A stretch of 64,000 bases of DNA from Candidatus Poribacteria bacterium (GCA_963665845.2 OY762492.1:3840001-3904000), one strand, 5' to 3'. Shown: positions 9,173 to 19,230, numbered from the stretch's first letter. Numbers and translations: made by a program. Notes: generated by a model from the letters alone, not told the origin.

Positions 9173-9424
9173 GTGTTGGTGAACATTCTTTACTGCACTG
9201 CTTGAGGGTATGAGGACACAGCCGCCCGTGTGGCGGAGGTACTCGAAGAGCAGATCCCTGAAATTGAAAAAGTGACGCTGGAGCCTGGGAGCGGCGGCGT
9301 TTTTGAAATCTCGGTGGACGCGAAGCTGGTTTTTTCGAAGAAGAAACTGCGCCGTTTTCCTGAGGAAGATGAAGCGGTGCGCCTGGTGCGTCAACATGCC
9401 GAGGAGGCGGACGCGATCAACTAA
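9173..9424 (+). CDS. Rdx (SelW/SelT/SelH) family selenoprotein with CxxU motif
   Basis: AGGAG RBS, GTG 9173, MLVNILYCTA-U(TGA 9203-9205)-GYEDTAARVAE...GSGGVFEISVD...FSKKKLRRFPE. Confidence 0.9.
9206..9244 (+). promoter_or_regulatory. Putative bacterial SECIS hairpin
   Basis: CCGCC-CGTGT-GGCGG (9222-9236), loop starting 21 nt after UGA; lower pairing GGGTAT/GTACTC. Confidence 0.6.
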
Positions 9425-9433
9425 AAAAGGGAG

Positions 9434-10204
9434 CTAAAAAGGCGCGGCGATGCGTCGGACGGCGCCTGTTTCTCCGCGGACGAGCAAAGCCCCCTCGTCG
9501 TCTATATCGATGGCGGCGCCATGAAAGGGGCGGCCGTTCAACTTGACGGAGACATGCTGTCCGAGCGTCGCCGAATGCCTTCGCGTTTCCGCGAGCAGCG
9601 GCTCATGTTCTCCGCGCTGTAGGTCGCTGTACGTTTCTTCAAGCCGCGCCAGGATGTCCGCAAGCAGTTTGGCGCGGTTGAATTCAAACCCCGCCGCTTC
9701 TTTGAGCGAGGCGGCGCCAGGGGGGAGGTCCGCCAGGTCGGCGTTCACATTCACTCCCGCGCCGACGACCCAGCCCCGTTTCTTCCCGCGCGCGTATGTC
9801 TCCGTTAAGACGCCGCATAATTTTCCTTCCTCCAGTATGACATCGTTCGGCCATTTTAAAAGGAGCGGAAGCGAGGCGGCATGCGACGCGGCGGATCGAA
9901 CCGCGTTCGCCATCGCCAGCGTGAAGAGAGCGGGACGCGCGACGCGCGCCCTCGGCTCCAAGATGACCGAAAAGAGCAGGTTGACGCCAGGGGGAGATTG
10001 CCAAGCATTGTTTTGCCGTCCGCGTCCGCGCGTTTGCGATTCGGCGGTGAAGAGGCAGCCGTCGGGGTTGGAACGGGCGGAACGGCCGCGGTTCAGCGCC
10101 GCGTCCTGCGTGGAGGGTATGCGCTGATAGGCGTCCGTCTGCCGGCCGAGAACGGCGGTTTTGAGATGCGGTAAAAGGGCGTCGGCGGTCAACGGTTCGT
10201 TCAA
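9434..10204 (-). CDS. birA: Biotin--[acetyl-CoA-carboxylase] ligase (no HTH)
   Basis: AESQTRGRGR, KWPND, KLCGVLTE, GAGVNV. Confidence 0.95.
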   Translation of the reverse strand: MNEPLTADALLPHLKTAVLGRQTDAYQRIPSTQDAALNRGRSARSNPDGCLFTAESQTRGRGRQNNAWQSPPGVNLLFSVILEPRARVARPALFTLAMANAVRSAASHAASLPLLLKWPNDVILEEGKLCGVLTETYARGKKRGWVVGAGVNVNADLADLPPGAASLKEAAGFEFNRAKLLADILARLEETYSDLQRGEHEPLLAETRRHSATLGQHVSVKLNGRPFHGAAIDIDDEGALLVRGETGAVRRIAAPF

Positions 10205-11067
10205 GCGTCCCCGATTCCGATCATTTCCATTTTAAAATGGATGTCGATGGCGCCGGCGCCGGCGGTCATGCCGCTGGTGGAAACCACATCGACGCCTGTC
10301 TCGGCGATCTTGCGTATGTTGTCGAGGCGGACGCCGCCGGACGCTTCCAGCAGGGCGCGTCCGTCCGCGGTATGAACGGCGCGTTTCAGCGTCTCCGCGT
10401 CCATGTTGTCCAGCAGGACGATGTCCGCCTTCGCGTCCAGCGCCTCGCGCAGCTGCTCCAGCGTTTCCACCTCCACTTCGATGCGCGTTGTGTGCGGGGC
10501 ATGTTTTCGCGCGGCGTTGACCGCGTTGGCGACGCCGCCTGCGACCGCGATATGGTTGTCTTTGATGAGAACGCCGTCAGACAGGCTGAACCGATGGTTC
10601 TGTCCGCCGCCCATTCTGACAGCGTATTTGCTGAGGACGCGCCAGCCGGGTATCGTCTTTCTGGAGTCGGCGACGCGGGCGGCAAGCGGTTTCACGGCGT
10701 CCACATAACAGGCGGTCGCCGTCGCGATGCCGCTCATGAGTTGAACGAAGTTGAGCGCGGTACGTTCGGCGGCAAGGATCGCTCTCGCGCCGCCTTGAAC
10801 GCGGGCGATTTCATCGCCAGGGGAAAAGGTCTCGCCGTCTTGCGTTTGCGCGGAGAAGACAGCGTCGGGGTCGACCGCATGGAAAACGGCGCGCATCATG
10901 CCGACGCCGGCGAGAACGCCCGGCTCCTTCGCGCGCGCGACGCCGAGAGCCTGCGCGTCGGGCGGTATCGTCAGGTTGGAGGTGAGGTCGCCGCCGGGCG
11001 CGTCTTCCAGCAGCGCCAGCTGAATCAGCTTCTGCGCTAACGGGGTCGATTCAACGGCGAAACTCAT
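10201..11067 (-). CDS. nadC: Quinolinate phosphoribosyltransferase
   Basis: ERTALN, SRKTIPG, HRFSLSDGVLIKDNH, EVEVET, LLDNM, EASGG. Confidence 0.97.
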   Translation of the reverse strand: MSFAVESTPLAQKLIQLALLEDAPGGDLTSNLTIPPDAQALGVARAKEPGVLAGVGMMRAVFHAVDPDAVFSAQTQDGETFSPGDEIARVQGGARAILAAERTALNFVQLMSGIATATACYVDAVKPLAARVADSRKTIPGWRVLSKYAVRMGGGQNHRFSLSDGVLIKDNHIAVAGGVANAVNAARKHAPHTTRIEVEVETLEQLREALDAKADIVLLDNMDAETLKRAVHTADGRALLEASGGVRLDNIRKIAETGVDVVSTSGMTAGAGAIDIHFKMEMIGIGDA

Positions 11068-11627
11068 GGGGCGGCTCCTCCTTTTAACAGCTCTGTTGCC
11101 GCCTCTGTAGCGCGAAAGCGTTGAAAAACGGGGTCGGCGGCAAAGTCGGCGCGGCGCGCGCTATTTAAACGTATCGCTTCTCTCAACGCGAGGGCGGCGC
11201 CGTCCATATCTCCCGCCTGCGCCAGAACGCGCGCGAGGCTATATAAGGGCTCGTCCGTTTCATGCAGGGCGATCGATTTGGTGAGCGCGGCGGCGGCTTC
11301 ATTGTAACGGCCGAGCGCGCCGAGCGCCTCGCCGAGATGTTGAAGCGCGGCATGTCTTTCAAGATAGGTTTCATCGCCCGCGGCGCGTTTGAGAAGAGGA
11401 ATCGCTTCCGCCGCGTCCCCCTTTTCTAAATAAAGACGACCTAGCATGCTGTTGGCGGCGGAATGGTCGGGTTGATGTTTGAGAGCGTCCAGCAGGGAGT
11501 CGGCCGCCGCGGCGCGTTCTCCGTTGTCGGCGAGGCGGAGGGCGTCTTCATACCGTTCACCCGCCTTTTTTTCGGAGCCGCAGCCGAGCGCCGCCGCGGC
11601 GATGAGGATCCATAACGCGCGTTTCAT
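11064..11627 (-). CDS. TPR lipoprotein
   Basis: Lipobox ALGC; several TPR motifs. Confidence 0.8.
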   Translation of the reverse strand: MKRALWILIAAAALGCGSEKKAGERYEDALRLADNGERAAAADSLLDALKHQPDHSAANSMLGRLYLEKGDAAEAIPLLKRAAGDETYLERHAALQHLGEALGALGRYNEAAAALTKSIALHETDEPLYSLARVLAQAGDMDGAALALREAIRLNSARRADFAADPVFQRFRATEAATELLKGGAAP

Positions 11628-11735
11628 ATGAACATCTTACGCTATTTTCACCGGCGGCGTAAGGGGAGCGCGGACGGGGCGGTACGCCCATGCGACGAAC
11701 TTCATTATGACCCTAAAGCGTCCGCGCCGCTGGTC

Positions 11736-11840
11736 GTCATTCCCGCGCAAGCGGGAATCCATAGACCTGCAGACAACATACGCATTTGCCTAACCGCATC
11801 ATCCACCGCACGACGTCATTCCCGCGCAAGCGGGAATCTT
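11736..11840 (+). repeat. Two forward REP-like palindromes
   Basis: ATTCCCGCGCAAGCGGGAAT at 11739-11758 and 11818-11837. Confidence 0.9.
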
Positions 11841-11941
11841 AGGCGCCGTCAGATATCGCATTCAGATTATCCCAACTCAATGGGCAAGCTCATATCTCGA
11901 ATATGAACAATCCGAGTTTTAAATCGCCTGAAACGGAGCCT

Positions 11942-13060
11942 TCATCTCGACAGCTTCTCAATCAGCTTTTGCACAGTTTCAGCGGACTGCTTAGCCATAC
12001 GCTGTATGTTGGCTATATCCGCCGACAAGCGCTGAAGCTCCTCCAATATCAGTTGGCGCTTCCTTCCAACCGCTTCAGACTCTGCCTCTTCTTCTACCGC
12101 CATCTCCTCCGCCGTCTCCTCTTCAACCCGCGCCGCAAACTCTTCACGCGCCGCCGCGATATCCTCCGGCGTCTTACCTTCTAAAGCCTCCTGAGCCTTC
12201 TCGATCCGCTCCCGCAGATTCAACTTCGTCACCCAACCCTCCATCGGGTCGATCAACTCATCCGAAATCTTGATCTGAGACAGCGCCTCGTCAGGCAGCG
12301 CATCCAGAAACTCATCCATCGCGCCGTTTTTTATCTTGGTATCGATGGCTTTTTTTAAAGCTATGCTTCGGAATTTCGTCAGAATGTCCGTCAACACCTT
12401 AAACTCGTCAGGCGTCAAGTTGTTCCGCTTTTTGTCCCGCTTTAACTTGTCAACGTCCGTCTTCGGTAGCAAGGCAACCGGCATATTATGCTCAAGCATG
12501 TAAAAGAACGCATACAGACGGTTGCCCAGCGGCGACGCCGGCGTCTTTTCCTGCCTTCCCATCGACTTCTCTTTCGGTTTTGGCTTCGGCGGCGCGTCCA
12601 TCAGCGTTGGCTCAATGCCCCGATCCTTCTTAATCTTCTCCACAACCGCCAGTACACGATTGACCAACGTATTCGGCGATGTCGACTTCGGCGACGCCTT
12701 CGCTTGCAAAGCCCGCAGCTCCTCATCCGTCAGCTGATTCAACTGACGCTCAATCGTCCCATCCTCCAGCAACGGCGTCACGCGATCCCGAAACGCTGCA
12801 AACAACTCCTTCTGCTCATCCGCAGACTTGGTCTTGTACTCAGGATCCTTCTTCGCCACCGCGTCCGTCATCGTGCCGCCCTCCGACAACACCTCCAGCG
12901 TTTCCAACAACGCCGACGCAGCATCCCCTTCCATACCTTCCGTCAACCGAGACGACGACACACCGGCAACCGTCCCATCATGCCCTGCCTCCAGCTTCTC
13001 AATGGGGCTGGCTGCTAGCGATTCAGAATGCGCGGGTTCTTTTTTCATGTTCATGTCCAT
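11942..13060 (-). CDS. Hypothetical highly charged helical protein (orphan-like)
   Basis: 372-aa E/K-rich ORF, purine-rich coding strand, C-terminal coiled-coil pattern; exact start uncertain. Confidence 0.7.
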   Translation of the reverse strand: MDMNMKKEPAHSESLAASPIEKLEAGHDGTVAGVSSSRLTEGMEGDAASALLETLEVLSEGGTMTDAVAKKDPEYKTKSADEQKELFAAFRDRVTPLLEDGTIERQLNQLTDEELRALQAKASPKSTSPNTLVNRVLAVVEKIKKDRGIEPTLMDAPPKPKPKEKSMGRQEKTPASPLGNRLYAFFYMLEHNMPVALLPKTDVDKLKRDKKRNNLTPDEFKVLTDILTKFRSIALKKAIDTKIKNGAMDEFLDALPDEALSQIKISDELIDPMEGWVTKLNLRERIEKAQEALEGKTPEDIAAAREEFAARVEEETAEEMAVEEEAESEAVGRKRQLILEELQRLSADIANIQRMAKQSAETVQKLIEKLSR

Positions 13061-13099
13061 AACATAGCGGCAATTTGTGAAAATGTAAAGGGCTGCGCT

Positions 13100-13231
13100 C
13101 TGACCTTATGAATTTAGTTGGCATGTCGGCATGCGAACGCGGACGGTTTTTCCAGGACTCTGGATTCCCGCTTGCGCGGGAATGACGATCCGGTTGGCGG
13201 CGCCTTTTTCCATGAATAAAGGCTTTGGTCG
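13100..13231 (-). repeat. Reverse-oriented partial copy of the MITE-like element
   Basis: CTGACCTTATGAATTTAGTTGG...ATTCCCGCTTGCGCGGGAAT (13164-13183)...TTTTTCCATGAATAAAGGCTTTG aligns to 5295-5455. Confidence 0.85.
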
Positions 13232-13310
13232 TTGTCGGGGGAGCGCGGGCGGGCGCATTCATGTATAATGGCATATCGGCTGAAAACGGCGGCATAAGCA
13301 GGGAGCGGCG

Positions 13311-14243
13311 ATGAAACTGAACGAGCTGAAGCGGCATCTAGGCGGCGTGACGGCGATACCGATTCTGCCCTTCAACGAACGGGCGGAGGTTGACCTAGAG
13401 GGGCATGCAAAAAATGCGCGTTACCTTATGAACAACAACCGTCTCGATGGCGGACTCAAGCGGGTTGTCGCGGTCGCCGGAACGAGCCTGATTCATCACC
13501 TGGAAGAAAAAGAGCAGACGCGCGTCATGGAGGCGGCGGGTCGAGTTGTCGGAGATGAGGGCGTACTCATGTCGGGCATTGTCCCGCGCTGGGGCTACGC
13601 CGACCGCGTAACATCGGCGCAGCTGGCGCTGGAGCGTCCGCCGGATGTTTTCCTGATGATGCCGCTGGCGGGCGTCTACGATCCAGCGGGGTATGCGGAA
13701 TGGCTGCTGCGTTTTGGAGAGCGGCATGGAAAAAACAGCGGGCGTTTCCTGATCTACATGCGCAACGCGCGCGACATGGACTCGATCATTAGCCTGTTGA
13801 ATCGGTCGGAGTATTTTATCGGCGTCAAGATCGGAACGAGCATTGCGGAGGTGGAGCCGATGTCGGCGGCGCTGTCCCCAGACAAGCTGGTTATATGGGG
13901 CATCGGAGAGCGGAACTCTACAGCCGCTCGAAAGCTGGGCGCAACGGGGCATACCTCAGGAACGGCGGTCGCCGCGGCGGGGCTGGCGGACGCGCTCAAC
14001 AACGCGCAGAGAGCGGGCGAGTATGAAGAGGCGCTGCGGCTGGAGGGCGTTATCGGCGCGCTGGAGGAGATTCGTTTTCGAGACGGGCGCATGTACAATT
14101 ACTCGGCTGTGGCGGAGGCGCTGCGGTTGAGCGGGTTTGACGACGTGGAGGGCGGGGATGGACATCCGTTGAACCCGCGCGTTCCGCCCGATGTGTCGCG
14201 CGAGGTGGAGCGCGCTTTGGAACCGCTTCGGGCGTACCATTGA
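13311..14243 (+). CDS. Dihydrodipicolinate synthase-like aldolase family protein
   Basis: GVTAIPILPF...VDLEG, IYMR, FIGVKIG Schiff-base Lys; lacks canonical GTTGE. Confidence 0.75.
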   Translation: MKLNELKRHLGGVTAIPILPFNERAEVDLEGHAKNARYLMNNNRLDGGLKRVVAVAGTSLIHHLEEKEQTRVMEAAGRVVGDEGVLMSGIVPRWGYADRVTSAQLALERPPDVFLMMPLAGVYDPAGYAEWLLRFGERHGKNSGRFLIYMRNARDMDSIISLLNRSEYFIGVKIGTSIAEVEPMSAALSPDKLVIWGIGERNSTAARKLGATGHTSGTAVAAAGLADALNNAQRAGEYEEALRLEGVIGALEEIRFRDGRMYNYSAVAEALRLSGFDDVEGGDGHPLNPRVPPDVSREVERALEPLRAYH

Positions 14244-14265
14244 GCGGGCGGGCGATGCGCTTCAA

Positions 14266-14451
14266 CCCCGCGAGGACATGCATTCCCGCTCCTTTCTCCT
14301 CGTCCCCCGCTTCCCCGTTTTCACGGGGACATGCCCGCGAGCGCATGGATTCCCGCGCAAACGGGAATCCAGAGGCGCGCCCCAACGCTTCGCATTCCCC
14401 ATCTGCGCCGTTTCCCCGGATCGTCATTCCCGCGTAAGCGGGAATCCAGAG
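14266..14451 (+). repeat. Cluster of forward REP-like palindromes
   Basis: Copies at 14349-14368 and 14426-14445; partial CCGCGAGGACATGCATTCCCGC at ~14268. Confidence 0.85.
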
Positions 14452-14550
14452 TTTTCCCAGAGAGCCTTCGCATGTGCCTCCATAGTAGAAAAGAAACGCA
14501 GGTTCGAGTATACTGAGCATCGCAGCGCAACTTTGCACTAGGAAAGACAA

Positions 14551-17500
14551 ATGAACACGGTAAACCGCTCGCTTTCGCGCATTTTTGTCGGCTTAGCGGC
14601 TCTCGCCGCGCTGACGCTCATTGCGCAAAACAGCCAGGCGCAACTGCAAAGAACGCTTGAAGGGCATACGGATAATGTCAATTCTGTGGCGTATTCACCG
14701 GATGGTCAGACGATCGCCAGCGGCAGCTCCGACAACACGATTCGAATCTGGAACGCCAGCACAGGAGAGCATATCAGAACCCTTGGAGGGCATACAGATA
14801 GGGTCAGGTCCGTGGCGTATTCACCGGATGGTCAGACGATCGCCAGCGGCAGCGCCGACAACACGATACGCATCTGGAACGCCAACACAGGAGAGCATAT
14901 CAGAACCCTTGGAGGGCATACAGATTGGGTCAGGTCCGTGGCGTATTCATCGGATGGTCAGACGATCGCCAGCGGCAGCGCCGACAACACGATACGCATC
15001 TGGAACGCCAGCACAGGAGAGCATATCAGAACCCTCCAAGGACATACGAGTAGTGTCCGTTCCGTGGCGTATTCACCGGATGGTCAGACGATCGCCAGCG
15101 GCAGCTTTGACGACACAATCTGCATCTGGAACGCGGCGACAGGCGCGCATGTCCGAACCGTCCAGGCGGGTATAGCTGTCATGTCCGTGGCGTATTCACC
15201 GGATGGTCAGACGATCGCCGGCGGACGCGCCGACAACACGATACGCATCTGGAACGCTAACACGGGGGCGCATATCAGAACGCTTGAAGGGCATACGAAT
15301 GTTGTCTTTTCTGTGGCGTATTCACCGGACGGTCAGACGATTGCCAGCGGCAGCGACGACAATACGATACGCATCTGGAACGCCAATACGGGGGCGCATA
15401 TACAAACCCTCCAGGGACATACGGATTGGGTCTATTCCGTGGCGTATTCATCGGACGGTCAGTCGCTCGCCAGCGGCAGCAGGGATAATACGGTTCGGAT
15501 CTGGGACATCAGCGACCTCTCCGGTCCTCCAGTAACCCGCCCAACTGTGACCGTCTTCGGCCCGAGCGAGACGCAGACAGGCGCGTTCGATGTGACGATC
15601 GCGTTCAGCTCCGCCGTCACAGGTTTTACATTGTCCGGCATTGTTGTGACCAACGGATCGGCGACCAATCTTGCCAGCAGCGGCAACTTCTACACTGCGA
15701 CCATTGAGCCGTCCAGCGTAGGAGCCGTTACGGTGAGCGTTCCCGCCAACGCCGTCGCCAACGCCATGGGGGGCAACGAAGCCTCTAACACATACTCTGT
15801 CAACTACCGCTCGCAACAGGTCCTGAGGGAGCATACGAATGATGTCAGTTCCGTGGCGTATTCTCCTGATGGTCAGACGATCGCCAGCGGAAGCAACGAC
15901 CGAACCGTGCGCCTATGGAACGCCAGCACAGGCGCGCACATACGAACCCTCCAAGGACATACGAGTCTTGTCTATTCCGTGGAGTATTCGCCGGACGGTC
16001 AGATGATCGCCAGCGGCAGCTACGACGACACAATCCGCATCTGGAACGCCAACACTGGAGAGCATATCAGAACCCTCCGGGGACATGCGGGGGTCTGGTC
16101 CGTGGCGTATTCGCCGGACGGTCAGACGATCGCCAGCGGCAGCTGGGACGTCAACACGATACGCATCTGGGACGCCAGCACAGGAGGGCATATCAGAACC
16201 CTCCAGGGGCATACGAATAATGTCTGGTCCGTGGCGTATTCTCATGATGGTCAGACGATCGCCAGCGGCAGCGCCGACAACACAATACGCATCTGGAACG
16301 CCAACACAGGAGAGCATATCAGAACCCTCCAGGGGCATACTTGGCCTGTCTTGTCCGTGGCGTATTCTCCGGATGGTCAGACGATCGCCAGCGGCAGCGC
16401 CGACGACACGATTCGTATTTGGAACGCCAACACGGGGGCGCATATCAGAACGCTTGAAGGGCATACGAGCGATGTCTGGTCCGTGGCGTATTCTCCTGAT
16501 GATCAGACGATCGCCAGCGGCAGCGACGACAATACGATACGCATCTGGAACGCCAACACGGGGGCGCATATACAAACCCTCCAGGGACATACGGGATTGG
16601 TCTGGTCCGTGGCGTATTCATCGGACGGTCAGTCTCTCGCCAGCGGCAGCAAGGATGATACGGTTCGGATCTGGGACATCAGCGACCTCGCCGGTCCTGT
16701 ACCCCGCCCAACTGTGACCGTCTTCGGCCCGAGCGAGACGCAGACAGACGCGTTCGATGTAAAGATCGCATTCAGCTCCGTCGTCACAGGTTTCACCTCG
16801 TCCGACATCGTTGTGACCAACGGCGCTGTGACAGAACTTGCCGGCAGCGGCAACTTCTACACTGCGACCATTGAGCCATCCAGCGCAGGGCCCGTTACGG
16901 TGAGCGTCTCCGCCAACGCCGCCGCCAACGCCTCGGGGAACAACACCGTTTCCAACACATACTCTGTCAACTACGAACCGCCTTCGTTCGCGCATACGGG
17001 CAGCATTTTGGCGGCGGCGTATTCATCCGACGGAACCCGCATCGCCACCGCCTCCGCGGACGATACGGTACTGATTTGGAATGCCAACTCGGAAACGGCG
17101 GTCCTTGAACTGACGGATCATACGGGCGATGTCCGCTCCGCCGCCTTCTCGCCAGACGGAACCATGCTCGCCGCAGGCGGCGCCGACGACATGATACGCA
17201 TCTGGAACGCCAAAACGGGCGCGCATGTCCGAACGCTGGCGGGACACACGGGCGACGTCTATGCGCTTGACTATTCGCCGGACGGATCCGCCATCGTCAG
17301 CGCAAGCGGCGACCGAACCGTGCGCCTATGGAACGCGGACACGGGAGCCTTGATAAAAACGATGACGCAGCATTCGGGTATTGTGCGCGCCGCCGCCTTC
17401 TCTCCCGACGGAACGCTCATCGCCAGCGGCGGCGCCGACCGGACCGTTCGCCTCTGGAACGCGCAAACCGGCAAGCTTCTCTCCACGCTGAAAGAGCATG

Positions 17501-18492
17501 GGCGGACGATCTACTCGGTCGCCTTTTCGCCGGATGGAACGGTTCTGGCAAGCGGCAGCGCCGATAAAACGATTCGTTTTTGGGATGTCTCATCGCAATC
17601 GCTTCTCCATACTCGTACGGTGGGCGGATCTTCGGGTCTCGTGTTTTCGGTTGCCTTCTCGACGGACGGTTCAACGCTCGCTTCAGGAAATCAGGATGGT
17701 ACCGTCCATCTATGGGCGTCCGGAAACGGCAGACATAAAGAGACGTTAGAGGGGCATACGGGTACCGTTTACGCGGTTGCCTATTCGCCCGACGGCCAAA
17801 CGCTCATCAGCGGCAGCAGGGATAAAACGCTGCGCTTCTGGGATACGCCGACAGCGGATCCGGATGTGAACGGCGACGGCGTCATCGACGGCGCGGACCT
17901 GACAGCGATCGGCAATCAGTACGGGCAAGCTGTCGCGGACGGAGCCGATCCGAAGGCGGATGTGAACGGCGACGGCGTCGTCGACATCAACGATGTTCTG
18001 CTGGTGGTGGACGCCCTGGCAGGGCAGGCCGGGGCGGTTGCCGCGGCTCCGGCGTTGGCCTCTTCGCGGGAGGCGCCGTCCGTTCCGCAGGTTTCTGCAT
18101 GGCTGAACGACGCTCAAAGGCTGATTGTCCGCAGCGACTCGGCGAAACGCGGCATCTCCGTTTTGGAGGATATGCTTCGGTTGACGCGGGAGGTCGTGTC
18201 CACCAGCGCGCTTCTGCCGAACTACCCAAACCCGTTCAACCCAGAGACCTGGATACCGTTTGAGTTGGCAGATTCAAGCCGCGTGACGATAACGATTTAC
18301 AATTCGGCGGGTCAAACGGCGCGCGTGTTGGAGCTGGGGCAGTTGCCGGCGGGAGCCTACCGCAGCCGCGCCAAAGCCGCCCATTGGGACGGGCGGAACA
18401 ATCTGGGCGAACCTGTCGCCAGCGGCATTTATTATGTCCGCATTGAGGCGGGGTCGTTCACGGCGCTGCGGCGCATGGTTGTGCTGAAGTAA
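14551..18492 (+). CDS. Secreted WD40 protein: (7xWD40 + Ig-like)x2, 7xWD40, dockerin-like pair, C-terminal FlgD-Ig/T9SS-A-like domain
   Basis: Signal peptide; 21 GH...SVAYSPDG...SGS.D.TIRIW repeats; FDVTIAFS..VTGF Ig-like; DVNGDGVIDxxD x2; YPNPFNPETWIP...WDGRN...VLK. Confidence 0.92.
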   Translation: MNTVNRSLSRIFVGLAALAALTLIAQNSQAQLQRTLEGHTDNVNSVAYSPDGQTIASGSSDNTIRIWNASTGEHIRTLGGHTDRVRSVAYSPDGQTIASGSADNTIRIWNANTGEHIRTLGGHTDWVRSVAYSSDGQTIASGSADNTIRIWNASTGEHIRTLQGHTSSVRSVAYSPDGQTIASGSFDDTICIWNAATGAHVRTVQAGIAVMSVAYSPDGQTIAGGRADNTIRIWNANTGAHIRTLEGHTNVVFSVAYSPDGQTIASGSDDNTIRIWNANTGAHIQTLQGHTDWVYSVAYSSDGQSLASGSRDNTVRIWDISDLSGPPVTRPTVTVFGPSETQTGAFDVTIAFSSAVTGFTLSGIVVTNGSATNLASSGNFYTATIEPSSVGAVTVSVPANAVANAMGGNEASNTYSVNYRSQQVLREHTNDVSSVAYSPDGQTIASGSNDRTVRLWNASTGAHIRTLQGHTSLVYSVEYSPDGQMIASGSYDDTIRIWNANTGEHIRTLRGHAGVWSVAYSPDGQTIASGSWDVNTIRIWDASTGGHIRTLQGHTNNVWSVAYSHDGQTIASGSADNTIRIWNANTGEHIRTLQGHTWPVLSVAYSPDGQTIASGSADDTIRIWNANTGAHIRTLEGHTSDVWSVAYSPDDQTIASGSDDNTIRIWNANTGAHIQTLQGHTGLVWSVAYSSDGQSLASGSKDDTVRIWDISDLAGPVPRPTVTVFGPSETQTDAFDVKIAFSSVVTGFTSSDIVVTNGAVTELAGSGNFYTATIEPSSAGPVTVSVSANAAANASGNNTVSNTYSVNYEPPSFAHTGSILAAAYSSDGTRIATASADDTVLIWNANSETAVLELTDHTGDVRSAAFSPDGTMLAAGGADDMIRIWNAKTGAHVRTLAGHTGDVYALDYSPDGSAIVSASGDRTVRLWNADTGALIKTMTQHSGIVRAAAFSPDGTLIASGGADRTVRLWNAQTGKLLSTLKEHGRTIYSVAFSPDGTVLASGSADKTIRFWDVSSQSLLHTRTVGGSSGLVFSVAFSTDGSTLASGNQDGTVHLWASGNGRHKETLEGHTGTVYAVAYSPDGQTLISGSRDKTLRFWDTPTADPDVNGDGVIDGADLTAIGNQYGQAVADGADPKADVNGDGVVDINDVLLVVDALAGQAGAVAAAPALASSREAPSVPQVSAWLNDAQRLIVRSDSAKRGISVLEDMLRLTREVVSTSALLPNYPNPFNPETWIPFELADSSRVTITIYNSAGQTARVLELGQLPAGAYRSRAKAAHWDGRNNLGEPVASGIYYVRIEAGSFTALRRMVVLK

Positions 18493-18574
18493 GGCATTTC
18501 TGTTTGCGCGGGAGCGCGTTGCAGTTCCCTCGCAAATTTTCCACAGTCGAATGCGGATGGCGCCTGCGGCGCTT

Positions 18575-18600
18575 AAGATTCCTGCTTACGCGGGAATGAC
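18575..18600 (-). repeat. Reverse REP-like palindrome
   Basis: GATTCCTGCTTACGCGGGAATGAC (one mismatch to consensus). Confidence 0.8.
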
Positions 18601-18706
18601 GGGAAGGGGCGCGGGATGACAACGTGTAACGCGGGGGCTTTTCCGCAGATCATCGCGGTTCTTTCGCGCTGATGTCCCAACTTCAGCGGAAGGCGAGTCG
18701 ATACGC

Positions 18707-18735
18707 TTGACTGATTGGCCGTCCTTGTCTATACT
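18707..18735 (+). promoter_or_regulatory. Putative sigma70 promoter of nuo operon
   Basis: TTGACT-17 nt-TATACT. Confidence 0.65.
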
Positions 18736-18768
18736 TTTATGCGTATTGCTGTTGAGAGGGATGCCGGC

Positions 18769-19209
18769 GTGAAGTTTGAATTTGCAAACGTTATCGTGTT
18801 TATGGCGGTCGGGGCGGTGTTTATTCTGGTGAACAACGTCATGTCGAAGCTGTTCCACACGAAGATTTACAGTTCCGAGAAGCAGATCCCGTATGAGTGC
18901 GGCGAAGACCCTGTCGACGACGCGCGGCTGAAGTTCAACATCCGCTTTTACACAACGGCTCTCATTTTCTTGCTGTTTGACGTCGAGATCGCGTTTCTGT
19001 TTCCGTGGGGCGTGGTGTTCAAGCAGATCGGCTTGCTGGCGTTTGTGGAGATGTTCATTTTCATATCCATCCTGCTGGTCGGCTTGGCGTATGTGTGGGT
19101 GAAGGGCGATCTGGACTGGGTGCGTTCATACCGCTCGCAAGAGTCGCCGTCGGAGGCGGAGGAGTCGGGGTCGGATCAGAAAGAGTCGTTGTTGGAAGCG
19201 GCAGACTAG
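18769..19209 (+). CDS. nuoA: NADH-quinone oxidoreductase subunit A
   Basis: PYECGEDP, FLLFDVEIAFLFPW, KGDLDW; GTG start 18769. Confidence 0.95.
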   Translation: MKFEFANVIVFMAVGAVFILVNNVMSKLFHTKIYSSEKQIPYECGEDPVDDARLKFNIRFYTTALIFLLFDVEIAFLFPWGVVFKQIGLLAFVEMFIFISILLVGLAYVWVKGDLDWVRSYRSQESPSEAEESGSDQKESLLEAAD

Positions 19210-19230
19210 GCGGTTTAGAAAGGAGCGTCC

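Noticed and set aside
14650-16680. CRISPR-like periodicity
   Set aside because: Period ~126 bp, in frame, encodes WD40 repeats; no cas genes
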